A DNA stretch of 63,745 nucleotides, the filler included, from Reclinomonas americana ATCC 50394 (lineage: Eukaryota): NCBI GenBank assembly GCA_048213135.1. It is 8 parts of 4 records of this genome, joined end to end, with 100 filler letters (N's around TTAATTAATTAA, not from the genome) between each part and the next. Parts side by side here need not be neighbours in the genome. Positions count along the whole stretch, not along the records: positions 40,748 to 44,139 come from PS015673.1; positions 44,240 to 45,831 come from PS015674.1; positions 45,932 to 56,479 come from PS015674.1; positions 56,580 to 57,895 come from PS015674.1; 4 more parts are not named here. One strand, given 5' to 3'. Both the position numbers and the translations under genes were made by a program. Below the pieces are notes generated by a model that worked only from the letters and a program-made list of their open reading frames with translations, searched no databases and was not told the DNA's origin. Positions 43,901-57,895 of this stretch are shown here, one piece after another; within the stretch, counting starts at the first letter, position 1; every line of letters starts with the position of its first letter.

Positions 43901-46900
43901 TCACTCACGCCTGGCAGCAGCAGGAAATCAACGCAACGAATGTACATCAGAGTGGATCCGACCTTGAAATACGACCCCGAGGCAGAGAAGCGTACACACA
44001 CGCTGTATACGCCACCCACAGTCACTCCTGTACCACCGACATCCTGCGCGAGTGTAGTGCCACCGCCTCCACTGGCGCCCGTAAGCGTCACAGAGCCGGC
44101 CATTGTGCCGGCCGCCGTACAGGTGGCACTCGGTTCCAGNNNNNNNNNNNNNNNNNNNNNNNNNNNNNNNNNNNNNNNNNNNNTTAATTAATTAANNNNN
44201 NNNNNNNNNNNNNNNNNNNNNNNNNNNNNNNNNNNNNNNATGCGGGGACGTGGGTGAAGGTTTCATCTTCGTTGCTGACTGGCGGTGAGTGTGTACCATG
44301 AAGGACGATTTGTGGCTGTCATAGAATATCTCAATTCTCTTTTCCCCCAGTGGCCAATGCGACGTCGTTCACACCGTCGTCGATTGCGGCGGAGACTGCG
44401 GGCGCCAGCATAACGATATCAGGTCTGGCACTGCGAGCGACCGACGTGGTGCGCTTGGAGGCAGGTGTGACGTGTACGGCAAGCGGAGGCGGGAGTTTGC
44501 TGACAACCGGCACACTTGGCGGGATGGTTGGTGCGTGGACGCTGACGGCGAGCGCATCGTCGGCGAGCACAGTTCCAACTGGATCGTTGTCTGTGTGGTG
44601 AGTGAGTGGAGCGCAGATGGAAAGGATGTTGCGGCTCACCACGCTTACTGTGATCTTCTGTCGCACACAGCATCCAGTACGGTGGCGGGGGGTCATTTGT
44701 GAAAGTCGGCAGCACTGAGGTCGACGCAGGTTCGTCCTGTCATTAGATTTTCCCTTGACCAGCAGCACGCTGACTCTCATTCCTCTCTGCCCAGTGGCTA
44801 CAACCACTGGATTTTCACCGTCGTCCATTTCGGTGTCGAGTACGTACGATAATGTCATTGTTGCCGGAGCTGGGCTGCAAAGCACCGACATTGTCGAGTT
44901 GCAACTCGGTGTAACTTCGTGCGCTACTGCTGGTGGCGGCATTGGTCTCGCCTTCCAGAGTCTGGGCGGCTTTGCTGGCTCGCGTTCTCTAGTGTTCAAG
45001 GCTGCATCATCGTCGACCCTAACCGTGCTCGGCATGTATGCTGTGTGCATCAAGTTTACTGGAGCCTCTACGTTCACCACTGTCGGCTCGACGCAAATTA
45101 CCGTTGGCCCTTACCCTTTCGTCACCTTGGACGCCACCGGCATCACTGCGGTGTCGGCGCAGCTGCAAGGCTCCGTCGACCCGCGAGGAGGCTTTCTGTT
45201 CAACGGCTTTGAGCTTGCCGTGGCGTCGTCGGCGTTTGGTGCGACGGTCACGTCCAGCTCGCTGGCTGGGACCATGAACTCGGCATGGGTGCGGTGATCA
45301 GAGTCATTTATCATCCACTCCTGAAGCTTTTTTGCTGATCTCGTTTGTGTGGTGTAGGGTGTTGCCCCGCTGGCAAACGGCGATGTGTTGGTGGCCGACT
45401 CGCTGTGAGTGAACTCGGAATGTGCAGGGTGTGGAAGCTTGCGAGCTCATATGTATTTTTCATACAGCAATCACGTTTTGCGACTGATCTCAGGATCAAC
45501 TGTCACTGTGGTCGCTGGATCTGTGGGAATGGCAGGCAATGTTGATGACGTGGGCACAGCGGCGCGACTGAATGAGTACGTTCGAGTGATTTGCGCTTGC
45601 GTGTCTGTGCGAAGACTGACTTTTTGCCTGCAGACCGGCCGACATTGAGGCGGATCCGCTGACCGGCGCCGTGTTTGTTGCTGCGGTGTGTGGCGGAGGC
45701 ATCGTGATGCACACAAAGAGTGCTCGTGAAGCTCACCTGTTTTTCAACAGAACTTGAACCACACACTGCGAAAGTTCGACACCGGAAACATGCTATCGAC
45801 GGTGGCCGGAGCTGGTACATCGGCCGGCTGCNNNNNNNNNNNNNNNNNNNNNNNNNNNNNNNNNNNNNNNNNNNNTTAATTAATTAANNNNNNNNNNNNN
45901 NNNNNNNNNNNNNNNNNNNNNNNNNNNNNNNAAGCTGTATGTGGTGGAGCAGGCCGGCCAAGTGATTCGAAGAATCAGTCTCAGCACACTCACGGTGACG
46001 ACCGTCGCTGGTCAAGCGGGTACGACGGGAACAACTGATGGCGGGGCACTCAGCGCGCGATTCAACGGACCAGTGAGCATTGCACTCGATGTGGTGTGCA
46101 ATGTGGCGTATGTGACCGATGTTGCGTCGGCGTTGTCTGTGTGGTCGTGATGGATCGTCTCGTGCCTGCGCCATCGATGTTCACTGTGTATGCCACAGAC
46201 GGGAAACAACACTGTGCGGCAGTTGACGAACGACGGACGAGTGGTGACTATCGCGGGCGTGGCAGGTATGTCGACGGTGACAGATGGCACGCAGCCAGGC
46301 ATCTCGTTCGCTACGCCGGTTTGTGTGTTTGTGTTGTTGAAGGTGGTGTTCCTCTCTGTCGCTAATGTGAGGCGGCACGCAGCGGGGTGTTGCGTACGAC
46401 CCGTGGCGTGGGGTACTGGTTGTCGGAGGTAAGGATGAAGGGGACTGCGTGATGTGACTTGTGTTAAACTCATTTCTCACGTGTTTTCCTTCTTCTTCCC
46501 GTGTCCTCAGATCAAACCAAGGTGCGATCGCTGACACTGCCGGCGTGTTTGGTGACGGCGTCGCCAAGCACGTCGACGGGCTCGGGTTTCACAGGGACAT
46601 CGGCTGCAGTGTCGCAGTTGCTGCCTCAGACTACATATTATTTCCGGTCTGTTGACGCATCGAGTTTTCAACCTGGCAATCAAAAATCATTCACCACACT
46701 TGTTGGTATGTGTGATCGGATGAGTCACCGAATGATGGCAGCTCATTCTTGTTGATGACTTTATTGTGATCCTTTACAGCTCCGACGTTGGAGACGCAAG
46801 CGGCATCTGGCATCACGGCGGTGGCGGGTGTGCTGAATGGCTCCGTCAACGCCAACAACGGGCCGAGTGTCAGTGTGCAGTTTGACATGTCGACGGACCC

Positions 46901-49900
46901 GCTGGTTGAGACGAATGTGACTTCGCTTGGGGCTGACACTCCATCGTCTGCTGTGATGGGTTCTTCGACTGTGACGGCGAGGAAAGCAGTTAGCGGGCTG
47001 GCACCAAACACCACGTATTACTATCGTCTTGTGGGTGACGTTGGCAGTGGAGTTCAGTTGAGGGGAAGCATTCAACCACTACTCACATCACGAGTTGCAA
47101 CCGCGACAAGTAATGCAGCGGTGGTGACGAGTGCAGTGTCAGCGACGCTGAGTGGCACCGTGAATGCTCAGAATGGATCCGCGGCCTCGGTGGCGATTGA
47201 GTACTCGACATCGATGACGTTTAGCAGCGGCGTGGTGAGTGCGCCTGGCGTGATGCCTGTCACCGTCAGCGCGTCAACGGATACTCCAGTGACTGTGAAT
47301 GTGAGTGGGCTGACGCCGAACATCACGTACTACTTCCGTGTTGTGGCAGCAACAGGCAACGGTGCACCCGTGCAGTACAGTTCAGTGCAGTCATTCACGA
47401 CTCCGCAATTGCAGACGTCAGTCAGCAATGCGGCTGTGGTAACGAGTGCAGTGTCGGCGACGTTGAGTGGCACAGTGAATGCGCAGAACGGTCCGGTGGT
47501 GACAGTGTCGATTGAATACTCGACTTCAATGACTTTCAGCAGCGGCGTGGTCAGCGCACCTGGCGTGATGCCAGCGACAGTCAGTGCGTCGACAGATACG
47601 GCTGTCACTGTCGATGTTACATCGTTGACGGCGAATACCGCGTACTATTTCCGTGTTGTGGCGACGACAGGCGGTGGTGCCTCTGTTGAATTCAGCAGCG
47701 TACAGCCGTTCACAACTTTGCAGCTGGCAACAGCAATCAGCAATGCAGCTGTGGTGACGAGTGCAGTATCGGCGACGTTGAGTGGCACGGTGAATGCGCA
47801 GAACGGGCCAGCGGTGACGGTATCGATCGAGTATTCGACTTCAATGACGTTTAGTAGCGGCGTCGTGAGTGCGCCTGGCGTGATGCCTGCCACAGTTAGT
47901 GCGTCGACCGATACGCCGGTGACTGTCGACGTTGCGCCATTGACGCCGAACACGGCGTACTATTTCCGTATTGTTGCGACGACGAGCGGTGGTGCTCCCG
48001 TGCAATACAGTTCTGTGCAATCATTCACGACGTTCAAACTGGCGACGGCAGTCAGCAATGCAGCTGTGGTGACGAGTGCAGTATCGGCGACGTTGAGTGG
48101 CACGGCCAATGCACAGAACGGTCCGTTGGTGACGGTATCGATCGAGTACTCGACGTCAATGACTTTCAGCAGCGGTGTGGTTAGTGCGGCTGGCGTGATG
48201 CCTGCCACAGTCAGCACATCGACGGATACGCCAGTGTCAGTGGGAGTTAGCGGGTTGACGCCGAACACAGCGTACTATTTCCGTGTTGTGGCGACGACGA
48301 GCGGTGGTGCTCCTGTTCAGTACAGCGCCGTGCAACCGTTCACCACGCCACTGTTGCCAACTACGGCGAGCAATGCAGCTGTGGTAACGAGTGCAGTATC
48401 GGCGACGTTGAGTGGCACGGTGAATGCGCAGAACGGTCCGGCGGCGACGGTATCGATTGAGTACTCGACGTCAATGACTTTCAGCAGCGGCGTGGTGAGT
48501 GCGCCTGGCGTGATGCCTGCCACAGTTAGTGCGTCCACCGACACGCCAGTGACTGTCGACGTTGCGTCATTGACGCCGAACATCACGTACTATTTCCGTG
48601 TGGTGGCGACGACAAGTGGCGGTGCTCCCGTGCAGTACAGTTCTGTGCAGCCGTTCACGACGTTCAAGCTGGCGACGGCAGTCAGCAATGCAGCTGTGGT
48701 GACTAGTGCAGTGTCGGCGACGCTGAGTGGTACGGCCAATGCACAGAACGGTCCGACGGTGACGGTATCGATCGAGTACTCGACGTCGATGACATTCAGC
48801 AGCGGTGTGGTGAGTGCGCCTGGCGTGATGCCTGCCACTGTCAGTGCGTCGACCGACACGTCAGTGACTGTGAGTGCGAGTGGGCTGACGCCGAACACAG
48901 CGTACTATTTCCGTGTGGTGGCGACGACGAGCGGTGGTGCTCCTGTGCAATACAGTTCTGTGCAGCCGTTCACGACGTTCAAGCTGGCGACGGCAGTCAG
49001 CAATGCAGCTGTGGTGACTAGTGCAGTGTCGGCGACGTTGAGTGGCACGGTGAATGCGCAGAACGGACCAGCGGTGACGGTATCGATCGAGTACTCGACG
49101 TCAATGACTTTCAGCAGCGGTGTGGTGAGTGCGCCTGGCGTGATGCCAGCAACTGTTAGTGCGTCCACCGACACGCCAGTGACTGTCGACGTTGCGTCAT
49201 TGACGCCGAACACCACGTACTATTTCCGTGTGGTGGCGACAACAAGTGGCGGTGCTCCTGTGCAATACAGCTCCGTGCAACCGTTCACCACGCCACTGTT
49301 GCCAACTACGGCGAGCAATACAGCTGTGGTGACTAGTGCAGTGTCGGCAACGTTCAGTGGCACAGTGAATGCGCAGAACGGTCCGACGGTGACGGTATCG
49401 ATCGAGTACTCGACATCGATGACATTCAGCAGCGGTGTGGTGAGTGCGCCTGGCGTGATGCCAGCAACTGTGAGTGCGTCCACCGACACGCCAGTGACTG
49501 TCGACGTTGCATCATTGACGCCGAACATCACGTACTATTTCCGTGTTGTGGCGACAACAAGTGGCGGTGCTCCTGTGCAATACAGTTCTGTGCAACCGTT
49601 CACCACGCCACTGTTGCCAACTACGGCGAGCAATACAGCTGTGGTGACTAGTGCAGTGTCGGCAACGTTCAGTGGCACAGTGAATGCGCAGAACGGTCCG
49701 ACGGTGACGGTATCGATCGAGTACTCGATATCGATGACATTCAGCAGCGGCGTTGTGAGTGCGCCTGGCGTGATGCCTGCGACAGTCAATGCGTCGACCG
49801 ATACGCCGGTGACTGTCGACGTTGCGTCATTGACGCCGAACACTGCGTACTATTTCCGTGTGGTGGCGACAACAGGTGGTGGTGCTCCCGTGCAGTACAG

Positions 49901-52900
49901 CTCTGTGCAGTCATTCACGACGTTCAAACTGGCGACGGCAGTCAGCAATACAGCTGTGGTGACGAGTGCAGTATCGGCGACGTTGAGTGGCACGGTGAAT
50001 GCGCAGAACGGTCCGACGGTGACGGTATCGATCGAGTACTCGACGTCAATTACGTTCAGTAGCGGCGTGGTGAGTGCGCCTGGCGTGATGCCTGCCACAG
50101 TCAGCGCGTCCACCGATACGCCAGTAACTGTGAGTGTGAGTGGGTTGACGGCGAACACGGCATACTATTTCCGTGTTGTGGCGACGACAAGTGGCGGTGC
50201 TCCCGTGCAATACAGTTCTGTGCAACCATTCACGACGTTCAAACTGGCGACGGCAGTCAGCAATACAGCTTTGGTGACGAGTGCAGTATCGGCGACGTTG
50301 AGCGGCACGGTGAATGCACAAAATGGACCAGCGGTTACGGTATCGATCGAGTACTCGACGTCAATGACTTTCAGCAGCGGTGTTGTGAGTGCACCTGGCG
50401 TGATGCCTGCCACAGTCAGTACATCGACGGATACACCGGTTACTGTGAATGTGAGTGGATTGACGCCGAACACGGCGTACTATTTCCGTATTGTTGCGAC
50501 GACGAGCGGTGGTGCTCCCGTGCAATACAGTTCTGTGCAACCGTTCACCACGCCACTGTTGCCAACTACGGCGAGCAATGCAGCTGTGGTGACGAGTGCA
50601 GTATCGGCGACGCTGAGTGGCACAGTGAATGCGCAGAACGGTCCGACGGTGACGGTATCGATCGAGTACTCGACGTCAATGACTTTCAGCAGCGGTGTGG
50701 TGAGTGCGCCTGGCGTGATGCCTGCCACAGTTAGTGCGTCCACCGACACGCCAGTGACTGTGAGTGCGAGTGGGCTGACGCCGAACAGCACGTACTATTT
50801 CCGTGTTGTGGCGACAACAAGTGGCGGTGCTCCCGTGCAGTATAGTACGGTGCAGTCATTCACAACGTTCAAGCTTGCGACGGCAATCAGCAATGCAGCT
50901 GTGGTGACGAGTGCAGTATCGGCGACGTTGAGTGGCACGGTGAATGCGCAGAACGGTCCGGCGGCGACGGTATCGATTGAGTACTCGACGTCAATGACTT
51001 TCAGCAGCGGCGTGGTGAGTGCGCCTGGCGTGATGCCTGCAACAGTCAGCACATCGACGGATACGCCAGTGACTGTGAGTGTGAGTGGGTTGACGCCGAA
51101 CACAACGTACTATTTCCGTGTGGTGGCGACGACGAGTGGCGGTGCTCCTGTGCAATACAGCTCTGTGCAATCATTCACGACGTTCAAACTGGCGACGGCA
51201 GTCGGCAATGCAGCTGTGGTGACGAGTGCAGTGTCTGCAACGTTGAGTGGCACGGTGAATGCGCAGAATGGTCCGACGGTGACTGTATCGATCGAGTACT
51301 CGACCTCAATGACATTCAGCAGCGGTGTGGTGAGTGCACCTGGTGTAATGCCAGCGAGTGTGAGTGCGCCGACCGATACGCCAGTGACTGTCGACGTTGC
51401 GTCATTGACGCCGAACACGACGTACTACTTCCGTGTGGTGGCGACGACGAGCGGTGGTGCACCTGTGCAGTACAGCACTGTGCAGTCGTTCACGACACTT
51501 GCTCCGCCGGTGGTTCAGTCAATTGTCACTGCTCTCGTTCGGTCAACGGTGGCGTATTTCGACGTGACAGTGAATACGATGGGCTCATCCCCCGGTTTTG
51601 TGACGTGCACGGTCGAATGGTCCGACCGACCTGACTTCTCTGTCATTCTTGGTTCTGCTCCTTTTCCCGCTCCTCTTAGCGGCAGCGTCGACATTACTGG
51701 CCGATTTAAGCTTGACATGCTTCCACCTTCCACTGCGTTGTACCTTCGGGCCGTACTGCGAGTCGGCACATTGACGATCAATAGTTCAACAACTTCTTTC
51801 TCCACCTGGCCTGTGTGTCTTGCAGTCTACTTCTGGACCACCTGCTCAGGTGACATATCATTGCTCGCTCGCTGCCGCTTGTGACTTGGTTCTCATCGCC
51901 TTTACAGCTTCCGCGACAGCAATAAGTCCATCTACTGCCGTTGTTTACGGCACCACAATAGTCACTATTCGCGGTAACCAGCTGCTCTCCACTGGTGCGC
52001 TTTTTCCCATTCTCGTTTCATTGTGCAAATTGATTGTCTCTGGCTCACTTGTTTTCCACTATTCTCTGCTCGCCAGACACCTTCTCCTTCACTCGCAATC
52101 CGAGCAACTGCAGTGCGCAACTCCAACCACCACTTGGCACCTCCGAGTTGGTGCCCGACAATAGTCGCGTGCTTGTGTCCGCCGATGGCAAGACTGCCAC
52201 GGTGCCGGTTTCGTGGTCACTGGCTGCCAGCTCATCTGTCACGACCGACACTGTGTTCTTTGCCTGTCTGCGGTGCGCTGGGTTGGCGCTGTTGTTGTGA
52301 TGCTGGGCGCAGACAGGAGACGTCTCACTTGCTCTCTCGCAGTCGCTCGTTTGACAATGTGGAGGATCGGTTCCTCGTCGGTGGAACGGGCATTCGCTTG
52401 GACAACACTTGTTGCGTGGTGCCGGTGTTGGATCGTGCTCGTGTCGCTCCGTGCGCCTGGCGTGACGAGTATTTATCTTTATGTACAGTGCCACAAGTGA
52501 ACAGCATCTCGCCGACCGTGCTGAGCAACGTGGAGACCACAGTGGTGACGCTCGTTGGATTCGGGGTTCCCATCGATGGTGTGGAAGGCAAGCTGGTCGA
52601 CGCCAACCTGCTCAACTGCGACACGAATAGCGCGGCGGTTGGCACTTCACTTGGCGGCTTTTCGACTTTTGTGCTATCCAGTAGTCCGAGCGGTGGACTG
52701 CCAGCCACGTCCACGACGGTGGTGTTCTCGCCGTCGGAGGTTCGTGCTGGTGTGTTTCCGGTGTACCGGACGCTCATGGTGTGCTTGAGGTGAGTGCGAA
52801 GGGATTGAGGGAGTGAGGGCGGAAGAGAGAGAGACACACAAGTGTTCGAGAGGGTGTGCCTTGGCGGTGAAATTACAAGTGTGACTCTCATCTTCGAAGA

Positions 52901-55900
52901 AGAGAAGCAGGACAAGCGCGAGTGAGGGCAGAAGAAAGAGAGACACACATTCAAGGGGGCCATTGCGATAACACAAGTGAGACTCGCATCCTCGAAGCAG
53001 AAGGAGGGCAAGAAGAGGGATGGTGGGGCGGAAGAGATGCACACTCGCGAGTCACACGGTAGGCAAGCAGTAGTACGGTGATTCATGGAAGCTAGTGTTC
53101 AGAGGGCATGACTTGCATCGTCGAAGAAGGAAGTTAGCGAATGAGAGAATGCGTGGAAGCCGTTGTGATGCAGAGAACGCCAGTGTGGAACTTGTGTGTC
53201 AGCAGCTGACGCCTGTCTCCTGTCAGGTATGCGGCGGGTGTGCCGTGGGTTCGAGTGGCGGTGCGATTCACGGTCTCCGTGACTGGTCAGTTGACTGTTG
53301 CTATCGTTCATGTTGCTTATCTTGATGCTAATTTGCTCGCGTTCCGCGCGCAGCTCCGTCGTTCTCGTCCGTGTTCCCCACTTGGGTCACCAACTTTGCT
53401 GCGTCCACGCTGAGCGTCAGCGGACAGCTGCTACCGTCGACCACAGATGTGCAGGTGGTGCTTCGCCGGAAGACATCCGCCTCCACCTCACCGTGTGGTG
53501 GTGGCAGTGCAGCCGCACTCACCACGGATGTTTCTGATGTGAATCTCGCGTCGCCCGTGTCGGTGGTGTCGTCGTCGCTGCTGACGGTGAGCATCCAACC
53601 GGTGCAATCGTCCACTGGCACTCGACCGGTCTACAACAACAATCTTGTGCTGTGCATTCGGTTGCGTGTCGTCACAGTGTTTGGCGTTGCATGGTTCTGT
53701 GAATGTGACGTGGAGTTTGTGATGCATGTGCACAGGCCGACATCGCGGCATGCGTACGTGGAACTGGGTCCGCTGACTGTGGATGGTATGTGTGTGTGTG
53801 ATTCAATGGCTGTTCAGCAGAAGACAACTCACCTGTTTGCTTTTCGTGCAGCACCGGCCTTCACATCGTTTAGTCCGACGACGGTGCGACCCGCCATTCC
53901 GTCCGTGCTCACACTCAACGGTCGCGGCTTCCACCCCGATGATCGAGTGTACGTGTTCAAGAGTGGAACGGCTGTCAGCAGCCGGAATCGGTGAGTGCCA
54001 CTCGTGAGCGCGCGTGTCCAGCTGACGACTCTCGTATTCATGTTGTGACATTGTAGGACTGGAGTGCGAGACAGCACGTGCGGCGGTCAACGCCTGGACG
54101 AGAGCGTGGTGATTCAGAGCACGTTTATCTCGGCGGTGCAGCGCACTATCCAGTTGCAGATTGCGGGAGACGACGATTCGTGGTTGATCTGCATTCGACC
54201 AGTTGGCTTTGACATCGTCCTGGCGGTACCTGCCACTGGAGTGGTCAACAGCACGCTCCAGATTCGCCGTTGCGTTGGGGGAGAGGGATGGAAACAGGGA
54301 AGAGAGAGCGGGGGATAGGAAAGAAGCTGATGGGAAGGCAGAGAGAGAGAGAGCAGGAGAGAGGGAGCAGGAGAGAGGGAGCGAGAGAGACGATGAGTAG
54401 CGGAGAGACAGCGAGGACGGCAGGAGGGATAGAGAGATAAGCAGGAAGAGAGCGGGAAAGAGAGGGCTGTGGACATTAGGTGAGGAAGGGACGATGACTA
54501 GCGGAGAGACAGCGCGGACGACAGGAGGGATAGAGAGACAAGCAGGAAGAGAAGGGGGCATTGGAGAGACAGGAGGGAAGAGATCAAGAGTAGAAAGAAT
54601 GACGGAGAGAGAGGCAGCAGGGAAGAGAGGAGAGAGAGAGAGGGAGGGAGGAGAGAGCGCACGCACGTGTACATGAGAGTGGGAATATCTGTCCGACCTG
54701 TGTGGCAATCCGGTTGCTTACGCTCTCGTGCTTGCTCTCTCTTTCTGCTTTCCCTCTCCCCAATAGGTCCGGCGTTCCTGTCAGCCAATCCACCGAGTGC
54801 CACTGTGGGAACAGAGGTGACCATAACCATTGCCGGTCAGGGCCTGCTGGCCACCGACTGGTTTGTCATTGCACCGGCCAGTGTCGGTTGTTCGTCAGCG
54901 GTGGTGGCTGGAGCCAGTGGCGGAGTGGCCACGTGCAGCAGCGGCTGCAACGTGCTGGACCGTCCGCTCGCATCGCAAGTCGATCCGTGAGTCACTCGCG
55001 CTGTTCATGTGCTTGTGTGTGTGCATTCAATTCACCGGCTGACCACGCGCGTCCATCCGCATTAGAACGACGGGTCNNNNNNNNNNNNNNNNNNNNNNNN
55101 NNNNNNNNNNNNNNNNNNNNNNNNNNNNNNNNNNNNNNNNNNNNNNNNNNNNNNNNNNNNNNNNNNNNNNNNNNNNNNNNNNNNNNNNNNNNNNNNNNNN
55201 NNNNNNNNNNNNNNNNNNNNNNNNNNNNNNNNNNNNNNNNNNNNNNNNNNNNNNNNNNNNNNNNNNNNNNNNNNNNNNNNNNNNNNNNNNNNNNNNNNNN
55301 NNNNNNNNNNNNNNNNNNNNNNNNNNNNNNNNNNNNNNNNNNNNNNNNNNNNNNNNNNNNNNNNNNNNNNNNNNNNNNNNNNNNNNNNNNNNNNNNNNNN
55401 NNNNNNNNNNNNNNNNNNNNNNNNNNNNNNNNNNNNNNNNNNNNNNNNNNNNNNNNNNNNNNNNNNNNNNNNNNNNNNNNNNNNNNNNNNNNNNNNNNNN
55501 NNNNNNNNNNNNNNNNNNNNNNNNNNNNNNNNNNNNNNNNNNNNNNNNNNNNNNNNNNNNNNNNNNNNNNNNNNNNNNNNNNNNNNNNNNNNNNNNNNNN
55601 NNNNNNNNNNNNNNNNNNNNNNNNNNNNNNNNNNNNNNNNNNNNNNNNNNNNNNNNNNNNNNNNNNNNNNNNNNNNNNNNNNNNNNNNNNNNNNNNNNNN
55701 NNNNNNNNNNNNNNNNNNNNNNNNNNNNNNNNNNNNNNNNNNNNNNNNNNNNNNNNNNNNNNNNNNNNNNNNNNNNNNNNNNNNNNNNNNNNNNNNNNNN
55801 NNNNNNNNNNNNNNNNNNNNNNNNNNNNNNNNNNNNNNNNNNNNNNNNNNNNNNNNNNNNNNNNNNNNNNNNNNNNNNNNNNNNNNNNNNNNNNNNNNNN

Positions 55901-56479
55901 NNNNNNNNNNNNNNNNNNNNNNNNNNNNNNNNNNNNNNNNNNNNNNNNNNNNNNNNNNNNNNNNNNNNNNNNNNNNNNNNNNNNNNNNNNNNNNNNAATT
56001 GTCACTGAGTGGGCGAGTTGTGTTCCAGAACTCGGGCTCCTACTCGCTGTGTGTGCTGTTCGATCTGGGGCCGGCGGGCGCGTCGAACACGAGTGTGGTG
56101 GCCGCACAGGCGTCGACGCGAGCTGCATCGCTGTCGGTGGCGACGGCTGCCGCCGGTGCGACACCAGTGGTGCCGGGGTCGACGGCAGCGGGTGAGTCGA
56201 AGATTTATCATCTCTTTTTGCTATTGCGGCAGTTGCTCATTGACGTGCAGGTGGCGGAGTGTCGACGTCGAGCGGTGGCGGCAGCTGGTCGATCCCGCTG
56301 ATTGCGGGTGTGACGGCGGGAGCTGTGGCGGTGACGTGTGGGTTGGTGGCGCTGATTGTGGCGATGGTGATTTGGCGCCGGCGACGGCACGAGAAGCAGC
56401 GCAGGGCGGTGGAGATGGCGCAGGTTCAGCCGCTGCATGTGGGTGAGCTGACGGTGGAGGGCGATGTGGAAAACAGTCC
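40915..56479 (+). CDS. Giant type I membrane/surface protein (IPT/TIG-like modules, NHL repeats, FN3-like array, C-terminal TM helix); fragments across gaps, probably one gene
   Basis: Repeated FSPxS...VTxxG...YxLC modules; NHL repeats (VIRRISLSTLTVTTVAGQAG..DG..ARFNGP, about 45470-46300); a 5-kb repeat exon; TM helix LIAGVTAGAVAVTCGLVALIVAMVIW followed by RRRRH at about 56298-56390. Confidence 0.7.
43584..44139 (-). CDS. Fragment of the same IPT-like module family on the opposite strand
   Basis: The minus strand gives GGVYSVCVRFSASGSYFKVG and SSFSPSSIAAEVASVTVTVTGAGL, resembling plus-strand TSFTPSSIAAETAGASITISGL at 44362. Flanked by gaps on both sides. Confidence 0.7.
47095..51500 (+). repeat. 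Coding tandem array: 14 x 315 bp (105 aa) FN3-like repeats
   Basis: The YYFR codons recur every 315 bp from 47328 to 51423; unit SATLSGTVN...SIEYSTS...LTPNTxYYFRVVAT...FTT. Confidence 0.95.
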
Positions 56480-56579
56480 NNNNNNNNNNNNNNNNNNNNN
56501 NNNNNNNNNNNNNNNNNNNNNNNTTAATTAATTAANNNNNNNNNNNNNNNNNNNNNNNNNNNNNNNNNNNNNNNNNNNN

Positions 56580-56722
56580 CCTCGACTTCGTGTTCCGCAG
56601 CTCAACACTTCCATCACGAATTCGAACACACAGGCACACAAGGAACCTGCTGCTGCCTCAAGATTGGTGTTAGTGTTGATGTTTTGGATGCGGTTGAACT
56701 TGGTCATCAAGACAGCTGTTGG
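56580..56722 (-). repeat. Dispersed repeat copy (arm of the MITE-like family) upstream of GCP2
   Basis: Reverse complement of 21110-21228. Confidence 0.8.
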
Positions 56723-57099
56723 ATGAATTTGTCGACGTCTGTTTTCGAATTCGCTCTCAGGGCATCGTGAACAGCAATCTTCGCTGCGTGAGCACCAATA
56801 GAAATTACCAAGTGATTGCTCACTAATGTCACGTGAACCTCGTATATACTGCAGCAGCCGAGGTCGCCCATCTCGACGTCGACGTCGAATTTCTCCTTGC
56901 ATCCGTTTCGACGTTATTCGATCGTAAATCGTAAACCTGCTGCTGCTCTTCAGGACCCGTGTTTGGATACATGTGTAGCGACGGTTGCACTTTCGTCATC
57001 ACCGCAGCAGCAGCAGCCCTTCCTCACACTTGCAGATCGACCGCCCAAACCGACCGATCGATTTTACATTTTTCGCGCCAAAACCACGCTCACACTCAC

Positions 57100-57862
57100 A
57101 TGGAGCCATCGTCACGCTCATCGCGTCTGGCATCGACCATTCGCGAGAGCTCCTCTGTGCGCGAGTCGTCCTCCACCACGACAGTGACCACGCGCTCTTC
57201 TGCCTTGTCCACGCACACGCAAGTGTCAGTTGCCTCCTCGGCCTCCTCAGCAGGCGGAGCGGGAGCGGCTTCTGCGGCTGTGCAGGAGACGATCCGTCGA
57301 TCGGTGAACGTGCTGCTGGCGCACTTGCGGTTGGATGGACGGGTGCCCGCTGAGGCGTTTGTCGATCACTTGTCCAGGCATGCGGCGTCGTATAATATGA
57401 CGAATGTGAGTGGATGAGAAGAGAGGAGAAGGGGGAAGGGAGGAGAGGGAGAGGGGGATGGGAGAGAGAGAGAGAGAGCAAGAGAGAGAGAGAGAAAGAG
57501 AGAGGGAGTAAGAGAGAGGGAGTGAGAGAGAAAGAGAGAGAGAGAGAAGAGAGAGAGAGAGGAGAGTGAGAGAGAGGATGAGAAAGAAGGAACGAGGAGA
57601 GAGGATGTGAGAGACAGAGGCAGAGGGCGTGACGCACTAACAGATTAACAAAGAGTGAGAATGAGAGAAGGATTTCTTGTTGAGACGCCTCTGATGTCTT
57701 TGAGTGCTTCACTGTGGCTCGCAGCAAGTGTGCGTCAGTCCCTTAGTTTGTGAAGGCCACTCGCCGGCAAGCAGCGAGATCGTTCTCATTCTGTTTCTAC
57801 AATCCGTTGCCCTTCAAAAAAAAAGGAGAGGGAGACAGACGGCGCGAAGGAAGTGCAGAGCG

Positions 57863-57895
<33 letters not shown>

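Noticed and set aside
47330..51418. Series of about 102-aa minus-strand ORFs
   Set aside because: Antisense shadows of the plus-strand 315-bp coding repeat.
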